DNA of 64,000 nucleotides. It comes from Eledone cirrhosa (Eukaryota). The position numbers and the translations under genes are program-made. The DNA lies in contig OZ024751.1 in assembly GCA_964016885.1 (NCBI GenBank), positions 24,800,001 through 24,864,000 on the forward strand. Direction: 5' to 3'. Shown piece after piece: positions 1 to 12,080 of the stretch (the stretch's first letter is position 1; every line of letters starts with the position of its first letter). The notes under the pieces are model-generated. The model saw only the letters and a list, made by a program, of their open reading frames with translations. It was not told the DNA's origin and did no database searches.

Positions 1-714
1 ATATGTATAAGTATATAAATATAAATGCACAAACACACACATACACTAACACAAGTGTAGCTAATCTTGGAACGCTTATCGCTATAGCGTTTCACCAGCC
101 CCTTCCTGCCTCAATCATTACATAAATGTGTGTGTATGAAATAATTTTGTATGTGTCTATTTATGAATATGTATGAGTATATGTGTGTGTGTGTTTGCAC
201 TTTTTTTGTCTGTGTATCTTTTATGTATTTATATGTAGATGTGTGTGTGTGTAACTAAAGTATAATGTATGAACGAATGGATGAAACACCAAGAATTATA
301 AGATAATGTAATGATGGTGATGATAGTGATGGTGATGATAATGATGATGATGATGATGATGATAATTATCATTAATCAGACTGCAGCTCTCCTTTAGCCA
401 TTGATTTTCTGCAAAATCAGGGTGAGGGTATTGTGCCTGAGGAAGGAGCTCTGAGAGGTGGAGTGACTGATGCAGTGGATATTGCTAGCTGGCAGGTTTT
501 TGTGGCAACATGTGCTCTCCCATCCCTTTACTTCTTCTGCTGTTGTTACTGCAATGATTTTTTATTCTGGGGGCTTGCTCGACTTGTGACACCCCCACTC
601 AAACACTCCCGGCTCATTCATTTCTCCTCCTTTCATTGTTCATGTTATGTTTACACACCAAGGCCCCACACTACTCACTCCTCCCAGATGGAAATTATGT
701 AAAAGCTGTGGGTA

Positions 715-1762
715 CTGCACTTGCTCTCTCCAAATGTCAGGGGTCCTGTGAGGGCCATGAGCACTGCTTCTTCCAGATGTCTGGGCTCCTGTGAAGGCTA
801 TGGGCACTGCATCTTCCTCCAGACATCAGAGGGCCTGTGAAGGCCATGGACACTGCTTCTTCCAGATGTCTGGGCTCCTGTGAAGGCTATGGGCACTGCA
901 TCTTCCTCCAGACATCAGAGGTCCTGTGAAGGCCATGGACACTGCTTCTTCCAGATGTCTGGGCTCCTGTGAAGGCCATGAGCACTGTATCTCCCTCCAG
1001 ACATCAGAGGTCCTGTGAAGGCCATGGACACTGCTTCTTCCAGATGTCTGGGCTCCTGTGAAGGCTATGGGCACTGCAGCTTCCTCCAGACATCAGGGGG
1101 CCTGTGAGGGCCATGAGCACTGCTTCTTCCAGATGTCTGGGCTCCTGTGAAGGCTATGGGCACTGCATCTTCCTCCAGACATCAGAGGGCCTGTGAAGGC
1201 CATGGACACTGCTTCTTCCAGATGTCTGGGCTCCTGTGAAGGCTATGGGCACTGCATCTTCCTCCAGACATCAGAGGTCCTGTGAAGGCCATGGACACTG
1301 CTTCTTCCAGATGTCTGGGCTCCTGTGAAGGCCATGAGCACTGTATCTCCCTCCAGACATCAGAGGTCCTGTGAAGGCCATGGACACTGCTTCTTCCAGA
1401 TGTCTGGGCTCCTGTGAAGGCTATGGGCACTGCATCTTCCTCCAGACATCAGAGGGCCTGTGAAGGCCATGGACACTGCTTCTTCCAGATGTCTAGGCTC
1501 CTGTGAAGGCTACGGGCACTGCATCTTCCTCCAGACATCAGAGGGCCTGTGAAGGCCATGGACACTGCTTCTTCCAGATGTCTAGGCTCCTGTGAAGGCT
1601 ACGGGCACTGCCCCTATCCTCCAGATGTCAGAGGGCCTGTGAAGGCCATGAACACTGCTTCTTCCAGATGTCTAGGCTCCTGTGAAGGCTACGGGCACTG
1701 CCCCTATCCTCCAGATGTCAGAGGGCCTGTGAAGGCCATGAACACTGCACCTTCCTCCAGAC
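715..1762. repeat. GC-rich minisatellite, 89-bp dimer (43+46 bp related subunits) with a 356-bp higher-order repeat
   Basis: Alternating cactgcttcttccagatgtctgggctcctgtgaaggctatggg / cactgcatcttcctccagacatcagagggcctgtgaaggccatgga; identical ORFs at 826 and 1182 are 356 (4x89) apart. Confidence 0.95.
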
Positions 1763-1840
1763 CTATCAAGTAAAAACAAAAAAATAATTGAGATATATAC
1801 ACACACATACACACACCATAAAGTTTAATATAGAAATGGC

Positions 1841-1885
1841 TTCTACAGGACTAGAACTGTTTCATTCAAAAGAAATCATCAGGAA
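1841..1885 (-). ncRNA. Minimal type-I hammerhead ribozyme motif (intact core)
   Basis: Minus strand: ttc CTGATGA t-ttc-tttt-gaa-t GAAA cag-ttctagtc-ctg TA gaa. Stems I, II and III all pair; GUA cleavage triplet. Confidence 0.7.
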
Positions 1886-1889
1886 AGCT

Positions 1890-1934
1890 TTCCTGATGAT
1901 TTCTTTTGAATGAAACAATTTTAGTCCTATTGAA
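1890..1934 (+). ncRNA. Degenerate hammerhead copy (inverted partner of 1841-1885)
   Basis: ttc CTGATGA tttcttttgaat GAAA caattttagtcctat t gaa; stem III and cleavage site are mutated. Confidence 0.5.
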
Positions 1935-2143
1935 GTGTTTACATTCATCATCATCATCTTCATTTAACGGCCATCTTCCACGCTAGCATGGGTTGTATTG
2001 AGTACCTTACTTATCCCTGAATGCACCTGATTGTATATAAATTTTTTCTTTAGTGTGTGTATATATATATATATATGTGTGTGCGTATATAACTTATTGT
2101 GAATAAAATCATTAATAGATTATTTTTATTAAAATATTATTAG

Positions 2144-2318
2144 GTTCATATAAAAGATTTACTAGCTCAAACATGTCACATTGATGCTGATGAGAATGCA
2201 GAAATCATAGTATATGATCAATGTACTGAGGAGCCAGCATACCTGACAGGTGACAATTTCTTGGTTGTATTACTACAAAAACTCTCTTATGCCTACAAAA
2301 GTGTTACACTTCTAAAAG
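2144..2318 (+). CDS. DUSP16: DUSP8/DUSP16-like MAPK phosphatase, internal exon (rhodanese/CH2 domain); not in the ORF track
   Basis: tag|GTT acceptor and AAG|gtaagt donor; 175 nt translates VHIKDLLAQTCHIDADENAEIIVYDQCTEEPAYLTGDNFLVVLLQKLSYAYKSVTLLK-G, matching the MKP rhodanese pattern (VVVYDQ...FL.VLL.KL...SV.LL.GG). Phase 1 end fits the exon at 30953. Confidence 0.9.
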
Positions 2319-2588
2319 GTAAGTTAGATCTTAATTTATCATTTTTGTTTCATTTCATCTTCTTACAAGTTTACTTACTAACCTACTAATCCATTTATCA
2401 GAATGCTTTATGTAAATCCTTAATCCTTTAAATGCCCTCATCAAAACTATTTCCCTATTTAACATTATTAGCTAATCATTATTATTAATATTACTGATTG
2501 GTAGTATCACACCAGTTGAATGTCAGACAAGATCTTTTGTAGTATTTAGTTATGCCAATGTTAGAAAATAATATTTTACACGCACACG

Positions 2589-2739
2589 CATTTCATTAAG
2601 GCTAAATAGGGATTCTTGTTATTCTGGAATTTTGCCTGTTTATCACAGGGTCATCAGACAAGCTAGTTTTTGTCTGATGACCCTGTAATAATGTGAAACT
2701 CCAGAGGAATAAGACACACTATTTAGTCTTAATAAAATG
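2589..2739. mobile_element. Inverted pair of degenerate hammerhead-containing PLE-type repeats
   Basis: Minus 2616-2661: ttgt CTGATGA c-cctgt-gataa-acagg-c AAAA ttc-ca-gaa TA acaa. Plus 2670-2712: ttgt CTGATGA ccctgtaataatgt GAAA ctc-ca-gag GA ataa. The consensus of the two is an intact hammerhead. Confidence 0.65.
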
Positions 2740-2797
2740 AATATTAAAACTCTACTTTGGTATTGAGTAGTCATTTTTCTCAGCCATCAACTACATA

Positions 2798-2841
<44 letters not shown>

Positions 2842-3195
2842 TAAAAATTAGCAAGAATCGAATTTCAGCTCAGGAATTAACGAAAAACACTTACGAGTTG
2901 TGAGTGTATATATATATATATAAAGCACCCAGCACTTACTGTAAATGAGGTTGGTGTTAGGAAGGACATCCAGCTGTAGAAATCAAGCCAGAATCAGTTC
3001 CCGTATGAGCAAGACAAGGTGAGCTGACCGGACACTGCCCACAACAGGACAGCCCGTCTAACCCATGCTAGAAAGGAAGAACAGACGTAAAACGGTGATG
3101 ATGATATCAATTTGAAAAAGTGGCCTTCATGGCTAAAATCATACAAAATAAGTTAAACAAATTGTGGGCAAAGTTAACACAAAAAACGGATGAGT

Positions 3196-3323
3196 CACAG
3201 GACAATCCTTTCTCATCAGTCTACCGCCAGAGATAGGTTGTTTCAGTGCTTTAACATCGGTGTTAAAGCACTGAAACAACCTCAATCTCAAGTGGTCGAC
3301 TGATGAGAAGGGACTGCCCTGTG
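3196..3323. repeat. Fold-back inverted repeat (22-bp perfect arms, 4-nt loop, imperfect extension)
   Basis: aggttgtttcagtgctttaaca-tcgg-tgttaaagcactgaaacaacct; each arm continues GAAACAACC...GGT(A/C)GACTGATGAGAA. Confidence 0.85.
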
Positions 3324-3382
3324 TTTTGTCTGTTTTTCTGTTGTCTTCGTACACCTTTTTTATTCTTTACACACACACACAC

Positions 3383-3459
3383 ACAAGGTGTCCCCCCCCA
3401 AATATAAGCACACTTTTATTAGAACGCTGTTGAAATGTGCATTTTTGGGGGACTCCCTG
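3383..3459. mobile_element. Short Tc1/mariner-type MITE (CAGGGTG-like termini)
   Basis: caaggtgtccccc...gggggactccctg|ta; shares internal ttattagaa(c/t)gctgttgaaatgtg with the 10948 copy. Confidence 0.6.
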
Positions 3460-3866
3460 TATATATCATCATCACTGTTTTACGCCCATTCTTCCACGCT
3501 AGCATGGGTTAGACAGGTTGTCCTGTTGAGGGCAATACTAGGTCAGGTGACCATGTCTTGCTCATAAAGAACTGATTTTGCCTTGATTTTTACAGCTGGA
3601 TGCCCTTCCTACCACCAGCCTCATTTACAAGTGAGTGCTGGGTACTTTTACTGTGGCACCTACACGGCCACTTTACAGTGTGGACTGGGCACCTACACGA
3701 CCACTTTACAGTGTGCACTGGGTGCTTTTTTGTCGTGACACCTACACGACCACTTTACAGTGGGATGGAGGTGGAGGCATACTTTCTATATGCTTTAGCT
3801 TCGGCTTATATATGTATAACCCATGCCAGCATGGAAAAATGGATGTTAAACGGTGATGATGAATGA

Positions 3867-4259
3867 ATCATCATCATCACCGTTTTACGTCCATTCTTCC
3901 ACACTAGCATGGGTTAGACGGGTTGTCCTGATGTGGGCAGTGTCCTGTCGGCTGACCTTGTCTTGCTCATACGGGAACTGATTCTGGCTTGATTTCTACA
4001 GCTGGATGTCCTTCCTAACACCAACCTCATTTACAGTGAGTGCTGGGTGCTTTTTTACCGAGGCACCTCCACAACCACTTTGCAGTGAAATGTTAGGGAC
4101 CCCAGTCCCTATCATCTCATTTCTACAGCTGAGTAAACTGCAGCAATGTGAAATAAAGTGTCTTGCTCAAGGAAACAACACATCACCCAGTTTGAGAATT
4201 GAACTGACAACCTTTCAATTGCAAGCCCAATGCTCTAACCACTAAACCATGCACCTTCA
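3867..4259 (-). mobile_element. tRNA-derived SINE family A (ccttgagcaagacact core, LINE-like (GAT)n tail)
   Basis: A-box (tggtttagtgg) and B-box (gagttcaattc)-like head; highly similar to copies at 30175, 41425, 41773, 55456 and 56038. Confidence 0.85.
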
Positions 4260-5122
4260 TCTCTCTCTCTATATATATATGTGTGTGTAAACCTCAATAT
4301 ATAACTGGTACTTAATACATAACTGACCACCTCCTCAGAAAACTGAAGGCAACATTGACTCAGACAGCAGTCAGTATGTGTCCTTGACATATTTCTACAC
4401 AGCTTTCAATAGGATTTATTTGTTCAAGTTCTCGTTAAATGATTTCTATCCAATGTTTTAGTAAAAGGATGGCAAACACTCACTGTTCAATCAACTTTAG
4501 ATATTGATCTGAAATAGTTATTGATTTTTCTTTCAATCAATTCACTATTTATCAGATAGTTTATATATTTCTCACCATTCTTCCTTCTATTTCTACTATT
4601 GGCTTCTTGATGTTATTTTCTTAGATATTTAAAAAAATATATATATTTTCCTTATTTTATGTAATGCACACAGAATAGAAATAACTGTATTTGTTTTACA
4701 TTTACATGTGTACCCTGTGTGAAATATCATAAGAGGCAAATAAAAGGGTTAGCAGCTGGATAGTATCTGCCTATAAAATATTGCCTCAAATAAGATTCCC
4801 TCATAAGCATTAAGCTTGTCATTGGGGGCCCGCAATACTAACCCCTGCTTTATGTATCATCATCACCGTTTAACATCTATTTTTCCATGCTTGCATGGGT
4901 TAGATGGGGATGTCCATGTTATGATTCAAGTCTGACCTGTTGGCCGCGCTGTACCTTGCTCAAACTAAATTGTATTTTGGCTGGTATTTTGACAGCTGGA
5001 TGCCCTTCCTAACACCAACCAAAGTGTGGACCTTAGTGGCATTGTTATGAGACTGGTCTGGCCAGTTGGCCACATTGTACCATATATTTTTTTTGTCTAA
5101 CGTTTGCATCATCATGATGTTG

Positions 5123-5165
<43 letters not shown>

Positions 5166-5873
5166 TACAATAACAGAGATAGTTTAAAGCTAATCTCTGA
5201 CTGGTAACCATCTCACTCAACAAACATTAGGTTATATTTTAATATAAACCCAATTTAAGTGTTTGGGGTGCTAACAATATGTATTATGTGGAAAAGCCAG
5301 TTGTATTATTTTATGAGATATAATTAAAGTTAAAATATATCTCTCTTTCTATATATATATCATCATCATCATCTTCGTTTAACGTTCATCTTCCACGCTA
5401 GCATGGGTTAGACGGGAGTTGTCCCTCTTGAGGCAAGGTTGATCGGGTGACCGTATCTCGCTCGTATAAGACTATCTGGCAGGTTTTCTACGGCTGGATG
5501 CTCTTCCTAATACCAACCATGTTTAAAGTGTGGACTGGGAACTTTTTACCATGTTACCTACACGGCCACATTACTGTGTTTTTTTTGTTGTGACACCTAC
5601 ACGATCTCGATCTCATTATCTCATTTATTTGGACTGGATGTTGTGGTACCAACTTTACAGAGAGAGGGTGGTGTTGGTGGGAGTGGGAGGATAGAGTAGG
5701 GGGTAGTGGATTGGGGTGTATATTTGGTTAAGAGGTGCCTACTGACTAGGTTTCGCTTTGTACATAGGCAAGGCGGGTCTTCTGTATTACTGCGTAGCGC
5801 CAATGATCTCGGTCCAATGACAAAATTATACACCTCAACAACATATGTACTTGTCTATACCACACTAATTTGG

Positions 5874-5928
5874 ACTGCCTGAAGAGGTCACAGCCAAAGA
5901 TGGCTGTCACTAAAATATATATAGCAGT
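5874..5928 (+). ncRNA. Minimal type-I hammerhead motif with a core mutation (GAAA to AAAA)
   Basis: actgc CTGAAGA ggtcacagcc-aaagat-ggctgtcact AAAA tatata TA gcagt, then aataaa. 5-bp stem I, long stem II, palindromic minimal stem III as in PLE hammerheads. Confidence 0.65.
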
Positions 5929-6029
5929 AATAAACGAAGCTAAATTTTAAACATTTGACTTTTTATTTAACTTTATATATATGTATATGTATGTATATAT
6001 GATATCTGTGTATACATATATATCATGTA

Positions 6030-6243
6030 CAAGGGGGTGCTGAAAAGTTCCTTGCTTGATCATTGCTACAGAAACCTGTTTGGAAGCCCAACCTTCTGAG
6101 TTCTTTTTATAGGGCTTAGAAAACCTGAAGGACCACTGCAATAAGTGTGTGAATTTGAGAGGGGAGTACATTGAATAAAAACATAATTAACCAATCCTCC
6201 TATATCTTCTGTTACCCAAAGCTAGGATCTTTTCAGCCCCCTG
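6030..6243 (+). mobile_element. Mariner-derived MITE
   Basis: TA flanks; TIRs caagggggtgctgaaaagttcct / aggatcttttcagccccctg; interior encodes a mariner transposase C-terminus GLENLKDHCNKCVNLRGEYIE*. Confidence 0.85.
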
Positions 6244-8059
6244 TATGTATGTATAAAAAGTTGAGGGAAATTATACTGGAGAGAATTTAGTTGTTCAACA
6301 AAAAGAGACCAATGAAATATATACCAGACTTGAAACAAATAAATATCTGGGTTGTTATGATTTTCTAAACCCCTTCAAGGCAAAGTGGCCAGCAGTACTC
6401 CAACATGGCCACAGTCCAATGACTAAAACCAGGAAAATAATACAAGAATATCAATGGAGGAGGTATTGTAGAGGTATTGGTAGTGTTGTTGAAGTGGGGT
6501 CAGAGGTTACATTTTATGATTCATTTAGTTTAGTTTCGTGACTCATTCAGTTCAAGTAAACAGAAAAAGAAAAAATAACACATTGCTAATTCTAAACTAT
6601 AGAGAGAGGAGATAGGTAGATAAATAGGAGGGAGTGGGGAGAGGGAGAGATTTAGTTGGTTTATATAACATGTTTTCTTCTGTGAAAATATTGTTTATCT
6701 AGTTTATGTATTGGGTCAATAACAGCAAGAAACTTTTAAAGACCAATTTCCCTTTCTAATACAAAGGTTTAGTGTCACAGGCCCTATGACATAGTGGGGG
6801 CTTTATTTTAGGCAATGTCTTACTACCAGATTCTTTTAAGACCCTTTTCCCTTTCTAATGCAGGGATTAGCGTCACAGGACCCATGACATGGGGAGGGGG
6901 TCTTATTTTAGGCAATGTCTTACTGCAAGATTCTTTTAAGGCCATTTTCTTACCTAATGTAGGGGTTAACATTACAGGCTCTGTATCATGGCGTCTTATT
7001 TTAGGTAATGTTTTACTGTCATTAAGACCATTTTTCATGAGTTTACACCGAGAAAATTCCCATCTGAAACACAAGATTGCACAAGGTGTTTTTGTATAAG
7101 ACTAGTAGTCGCCCATACTTACCAGTTCCCTCTATGCAAACCACCGATGTTATCCATGGGAAAGGTATAGGTCAATAGAGATAGGTACTAGTGACGTCAC
7201 AACTCTTTTTTTTTCTTTTTTTTTTTTTTATACCAGCTGAATGAACTGGAGTAATGTGAAGTAAAATGTCTTGTTCAAGGAGACAACATGCCGTTTGGTC
7301 AGGGAATTGAATTCATGACCACCTCACAATCATCAGCTCAACACTCTAACCACTAAACCATGTACCTTCATAGGCAGAAATACTAGAGTAATTACTCATT
7401 GCTCAGCTATTTAATAACCTCTTTACCTTACTTTATTATTTCAGGTACAGAATATTTTATTTTATCAAATCTCGCCACGTAACTAAGGAAACTTCTTGTT
7501 TAGTCTAACAACGCTGTACGTTAAAACTATCCTTAGTACAGAGTACTCACAACCTCTATCTGGATTACCTAAAACGATAACTTGGTATCCTATATATATA
7601 TATATATATAAATAGGTGTAGAGGTGCAAGGTAATTTCGTGCGTAGGCGGTATGCCAGGTGAGCACTCAATGCTCTCGCAGAGCAGAGTATTAATAGTAC
7701 AAGAATATAAGTTGCATTCCAGAGTCAGGTTCGATCAATAATAGATAGTTTCCTCGAGCTGATCAACAGGGAAACATATGTAATATGTTATGATGCAACA
7801 CTGATTCTTTGTTCTTTTATTCTTGTACTCATGATCATCATCATCATCACCGTTTTATGTCCGTTCTTATACGTTAGCATGAGTTAGACGGGTTGTCCAG
7901 TTGTGGGCAGTTTCCAGTCGGCTGACCTTGTCTAGCTCATACAGGAACTGATTCTGGCTTGATTTCTACAGCTGGATGCCCTTCCTAACACCAACCTCAT
8001 TTACAGTGAGTGCTGGGTGCTTTTTTTCCGTGGCGCCTACACGTCCACTTTACAGTGTG

Positions 8060-8410
8060 GGCTGGGTGCTTTTTTGCCTAGCTTCCCTCCTGGTCTCTAT
8101 GTAATGTACCCTGTTACCTCCATTTTTCCATGCCTGTCTCTTAGCCTTAACTGCCTCACCTACCTTATTGTTCCACCACCAAGTCACTCTCCTCCTCCCT
8201 GTGGACTTGCTCCAACCACAGATCTCGTCCGTTGCTTTTAGTAAGTTATTTTTTAGGAACTCCCAGTGCTCTTCTACATTGAATGTCACGATCTGTTCTT
8301 CTTTACTGTCATAGGCATCGAGTAGAATATCTTTAAATCTGTTACTGGCTGAGGGGGTCTTTCAGCTTCCAGATCTTTCTTCTCCAGGTTGCCTTCTGCT
8401 TCCTGTCTCT
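8060..8410 (-). mobile_element. RTE-type LINE fragment
   Basis: EEHWEFLKNNLLKATDEICGWSK...RRVTWWWNNKVGEAVKAKRQAWK is the RTE endonuclease-RT linker signature. Confidence 0.85.
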
Positions 8411-8579
8411 GGATTAAAGCTGTGCATGGGTGCTTGGTAGCTTGTGGATTCATATTCATTTATTAATTCGGGGTTGTTCCATTTATCCTCAGCTCATCCA
8501 TAGATATCAGTAAAAGAATTATTATTATTTAGTGCAGGGCTAGAAGGATATATATATATATATTCTTCTAGCCCTGCAC

Positions 8580-8626
<47 letters not shown>

Positions 8627-9114
8627 TTAATGTTTCCCTCTTTAGCATCAACACCTGCCCTTTGTGTGCCTCTAGTAGAGTCCACTCTGTTGTAAGCAAT
8701 TAGGCTACGTCTTTGGTTAACAAGGAATGACCGGTGGGGGATCAATGAAAGGCCACTTCAACCTTGGTTGGATTTCCTAGAAGAGGGTGTATATTGTCAG
8801 ATCTGAAGCAACTAGTGATGCCAGCATGGGAAAATGGACGTTAAACGGTTTATAACATGGGACCAGAGCCAGTTTCTGATGGTTGTATCAAGAGGTACAC
8901 AGCTGATAGTATGCTATATTATTTGCTTCTGTAGATGTATGAAGAACTGGATGTGGTTTGGTTGATACATTCTCTCAATTTGTCTTTAGTTTAATCTCTT
9001 TTTCTTTTGTTGGTTTTACTCATTTGACTTTGGCCATGCTGGGGCAAAGGTAGTTGATGTTATCAACTTCAGTGCCATTAAGTTATGGGGCGTAAAGAAA
9101 TTATTGGCTATTAA

Positions 9115-9336
9115 CCCTTTAGCATTCACATTACTCTATATATACTATTATATTTTCATGGTAAATGCTTTATCTCACATAATTACCTCACATAATATCT
9201 CACATAATATCGAATCTATGAGATTTTGAAAGTATTTATTTTGAGAACAATACCTTAGCATCAGTTTGAGTGACCAGTTACAGCCAGTTTCAACAGAAAG
9301 AGGTAGAGAATTCTGGCTAGTTTGAACATTAAAGGG
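9115..9336. mobile_element. piggyBac-type MITE (TTAA|CCC...GGG|TTAA)
   Basis: ttaa-ccctttagcattca...tgaacattaaaggg-ttaa; related copies near 9470, 24706, 31250, 31911, 34330, 39410 and 44363. Confidence 0.8.
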
Positions 9337-10947
9337 TTAAGTGATGTAAACATAAACACAGATATAGATGCACAAACAGGCTTCTGTACAGTTTCCATCT
9401 ACCAAATTTCACTGAAAAGGTATACATCACCTGCACGTTATAGAAGCTGAAGAAAAAGATGCTTATTTAACCCTTTAACATTTACATTACTCAATATATA
9501 CTATTGTATTCTTGTTGTAAAGTCTTTACCTTACATAATTATCTCACATGATATCGAATCTACGAGATTTTGATATTATTTATTTTGAGAACAATACTTT
9601 AACGTCAGTATGAGCAGTCACTTTGAACAGATAGAGGTGGGAGAATTCTGGCCGGATACAACCGTTTTAGATGCTGAAGCTTACTCCTTAACCACACAGC
9701 CATTCCTACACCTGTCATTTTAGTAGTTTTAGATCACATGACATTGTCTTATTTAAGAATAATGCACTGGGTAATTGCTGGCCTTGTGCCAAAAGTAGAA
9801 ACAATTATTTCTCTTGTTTATGTTTGATTATCGTCATGGCAACACAGGCAGCCAACGGCCAGCGTATTAATGAGTTATAATTACCTTAATTATCAGGTAT
9901 CTAATGATTCATCGTCACCATCATAGGTTGTGTGAAACCTTTGTTTTAGTTACCACATTTCTAATGAATATGTGTGTTGCCCTAGTGGTAAGGGTTTTGG
10001 CCTTACGATCATTATGCATGTTCTTGAGCAAAACACTTCATTTCATGTTGCTCCAGTATATTCAGCTGAAAATGAGTTTCAGCTGTAGCTGGAGGTTTAA
10101 CCTTGTGATGGACTGGCGTCCTGTCCAAGTCTTGTACTCTCATGAAACCGAGATAAGCACCAGCCTAACGAGCCTTCTGGCTTAAGACTGACTTTAGATT
10201 TAGATATTTCAAACAATTTTGAAGATAACTGAGAATTTGGAGGGACTTAGTAATATAACTAACTTTCGTATTAAGCTGGTGTTTTAGAACATAACTTAAC
10301 AAAGGTTCTTATATAAAATTATGGTTGAAGCTTTTAGATAGATATAAATACTTTAATAATTTCTAATAATGAAAGACACTGTCTATGATTTTCAAACAAA
10401 TTTGGAAGGATTTATTAAGCTGGTGTTTGGAACATAACTTAACAAAGGTTCTTACATAAAATTATGGTGGAAAGCTTTTAAAGGGCATCCAGCTGTAGAA
10501 AGCAAGCTAAAATCAGTTCTGTATGAGCTAGACATGGTCACCTTACCCGGTATTTCTCACAACAGGACAACTCGTCTAACCCATGCCAGCATGGGAAAAT
10601 GGATGTTAAACGGTTTATAACATGGGACCAGAGCCAGTTTCTGATGGTTGTATCAAGAGGTAATGCCAATAGTAAATATAGTGATATATGATGATGATGA
10701 TGATGAAATCTTGATATTTTGGATAAATTAATTTAACCTTTTTGGTACAAAACTGCCTGTGACTGCCTCTGGGTTCAGTAATATAAAGTGCTAGTGAAAT
10801 AATGGGGATGATTTAATCATCCAAGCTTTCCCCATTAAATTTTTAGCCTTGTTGAAAATATTAATATATAACCTGTGTAGGAAGCTAGTGATTGGAGTGG
10901 TGGTGGGAGTGGTGCTGTTAGGAATATATTTGTTGAGATCAATATAT

Positions 10948-11072
10948 ACAGGGTGACCCCCCCCCCCCCCCCCACAAAAAAAAAAAAAAATTATACACAC
11001 TTGGATTACCTGTGCAGGCATTATTTATTAGAATGCTGTTGAAATGTGTATACATTTTTGGGTGACACCCTG
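10948..11072. mobile_element. Tc1/mariner-type MITE
   Basis: ta|cagggtgacccc...gggtgacaccctg|ta TIRs with TA target site. Confidence 0.75.
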
Positions 11073-11616
11073 TAGCTTTATTTTTCAGAGTGAGGCTAGG
11101 GATAGAGAGTTATTGAATTCATTTATGCGAAAGAAAGAAAAAATGAAATGATTAATATTTTTCAGAATATTGAGAAATTATAAGAAATTATTAAATTTAG
11201 AGAAAAAAACCCAACCCCTCTAAATAAAAACCCTCAAAAAATGCAAACTAAAACACTTAATTGGAAATTTAGCTTAATTATTGAATAGGATGATTAAAGA
11301 ATTGGCAATATTATATTAAGTAAATTAAATAAATATGCCCCCTCCCCACACAAATGGACTGTGTACTGTCTAATATACTATATTGTACCTTTCTGTCATC
11401 TACTGGAGATATAAGCTTGTCACTTTGGTGTGTATATTAGTGTGTCTATATAACTATATGTATACATGAGTGTGTGTGTGTGCATATGGTGTATGTGTGT
11501 CTGTATATATACATACATTATATATATATATATATTTATACCCACTCTACTACCCTAAGTATTGATTACTTTGGTGCGTTATGGTCCACCTAGTTCCTTA
11601 CCACACATTTCCTTCG

Positions 11617-11649
<33 letters not shown>

Positions 11650-11673
11650 TGTATCTGAGCATGTGTGTGTATA

Positions 11674-11716
<43 letters not shown>

Positions 11717-12033
11717 ACATATTTATAATATATATATTTATATATATATTGGCTTTTTGCTACAATATTTTCTATACCTTTCATTTATATATATATATAT
11801 AGGTGTATCTGAGCATGTATATGGGTATGTATGTGTGTGTGTGTGTGTGTGTGTGTGCATATAGCTGTGTATGTGTGTGTGCATGTATATGTGTGAATGC
11901 ATGTGTGTATGTGTGTGTGTGTCTCTCTCTCTCTCCCTCTATATATATATATATACGTTATTCCGGGTTGAATCGGAGGTAACCACAGTAAGTAAGGTAC
12001 TCAATACATAGCAGAGTATAAAAGTTTTAATAT

Positions 12034-12080
12034 ATTCCTGATGATTTCTAAAGAATGAAATAGTTGTAGTCCTGTAGAAT
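12034..12080 (+). ncRNA. Minimal type-I hammerhead ribozyme motif (intact core), sense within the DUSP intron
   Basis: attc CTGATGA t-ttc-taaa-gaa-t GAAA tag-ttgtagtc-ctg TA gaat. Same family as 1841-1885; differences fall in loops or give a G-U pair. Confidence 0.7.
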
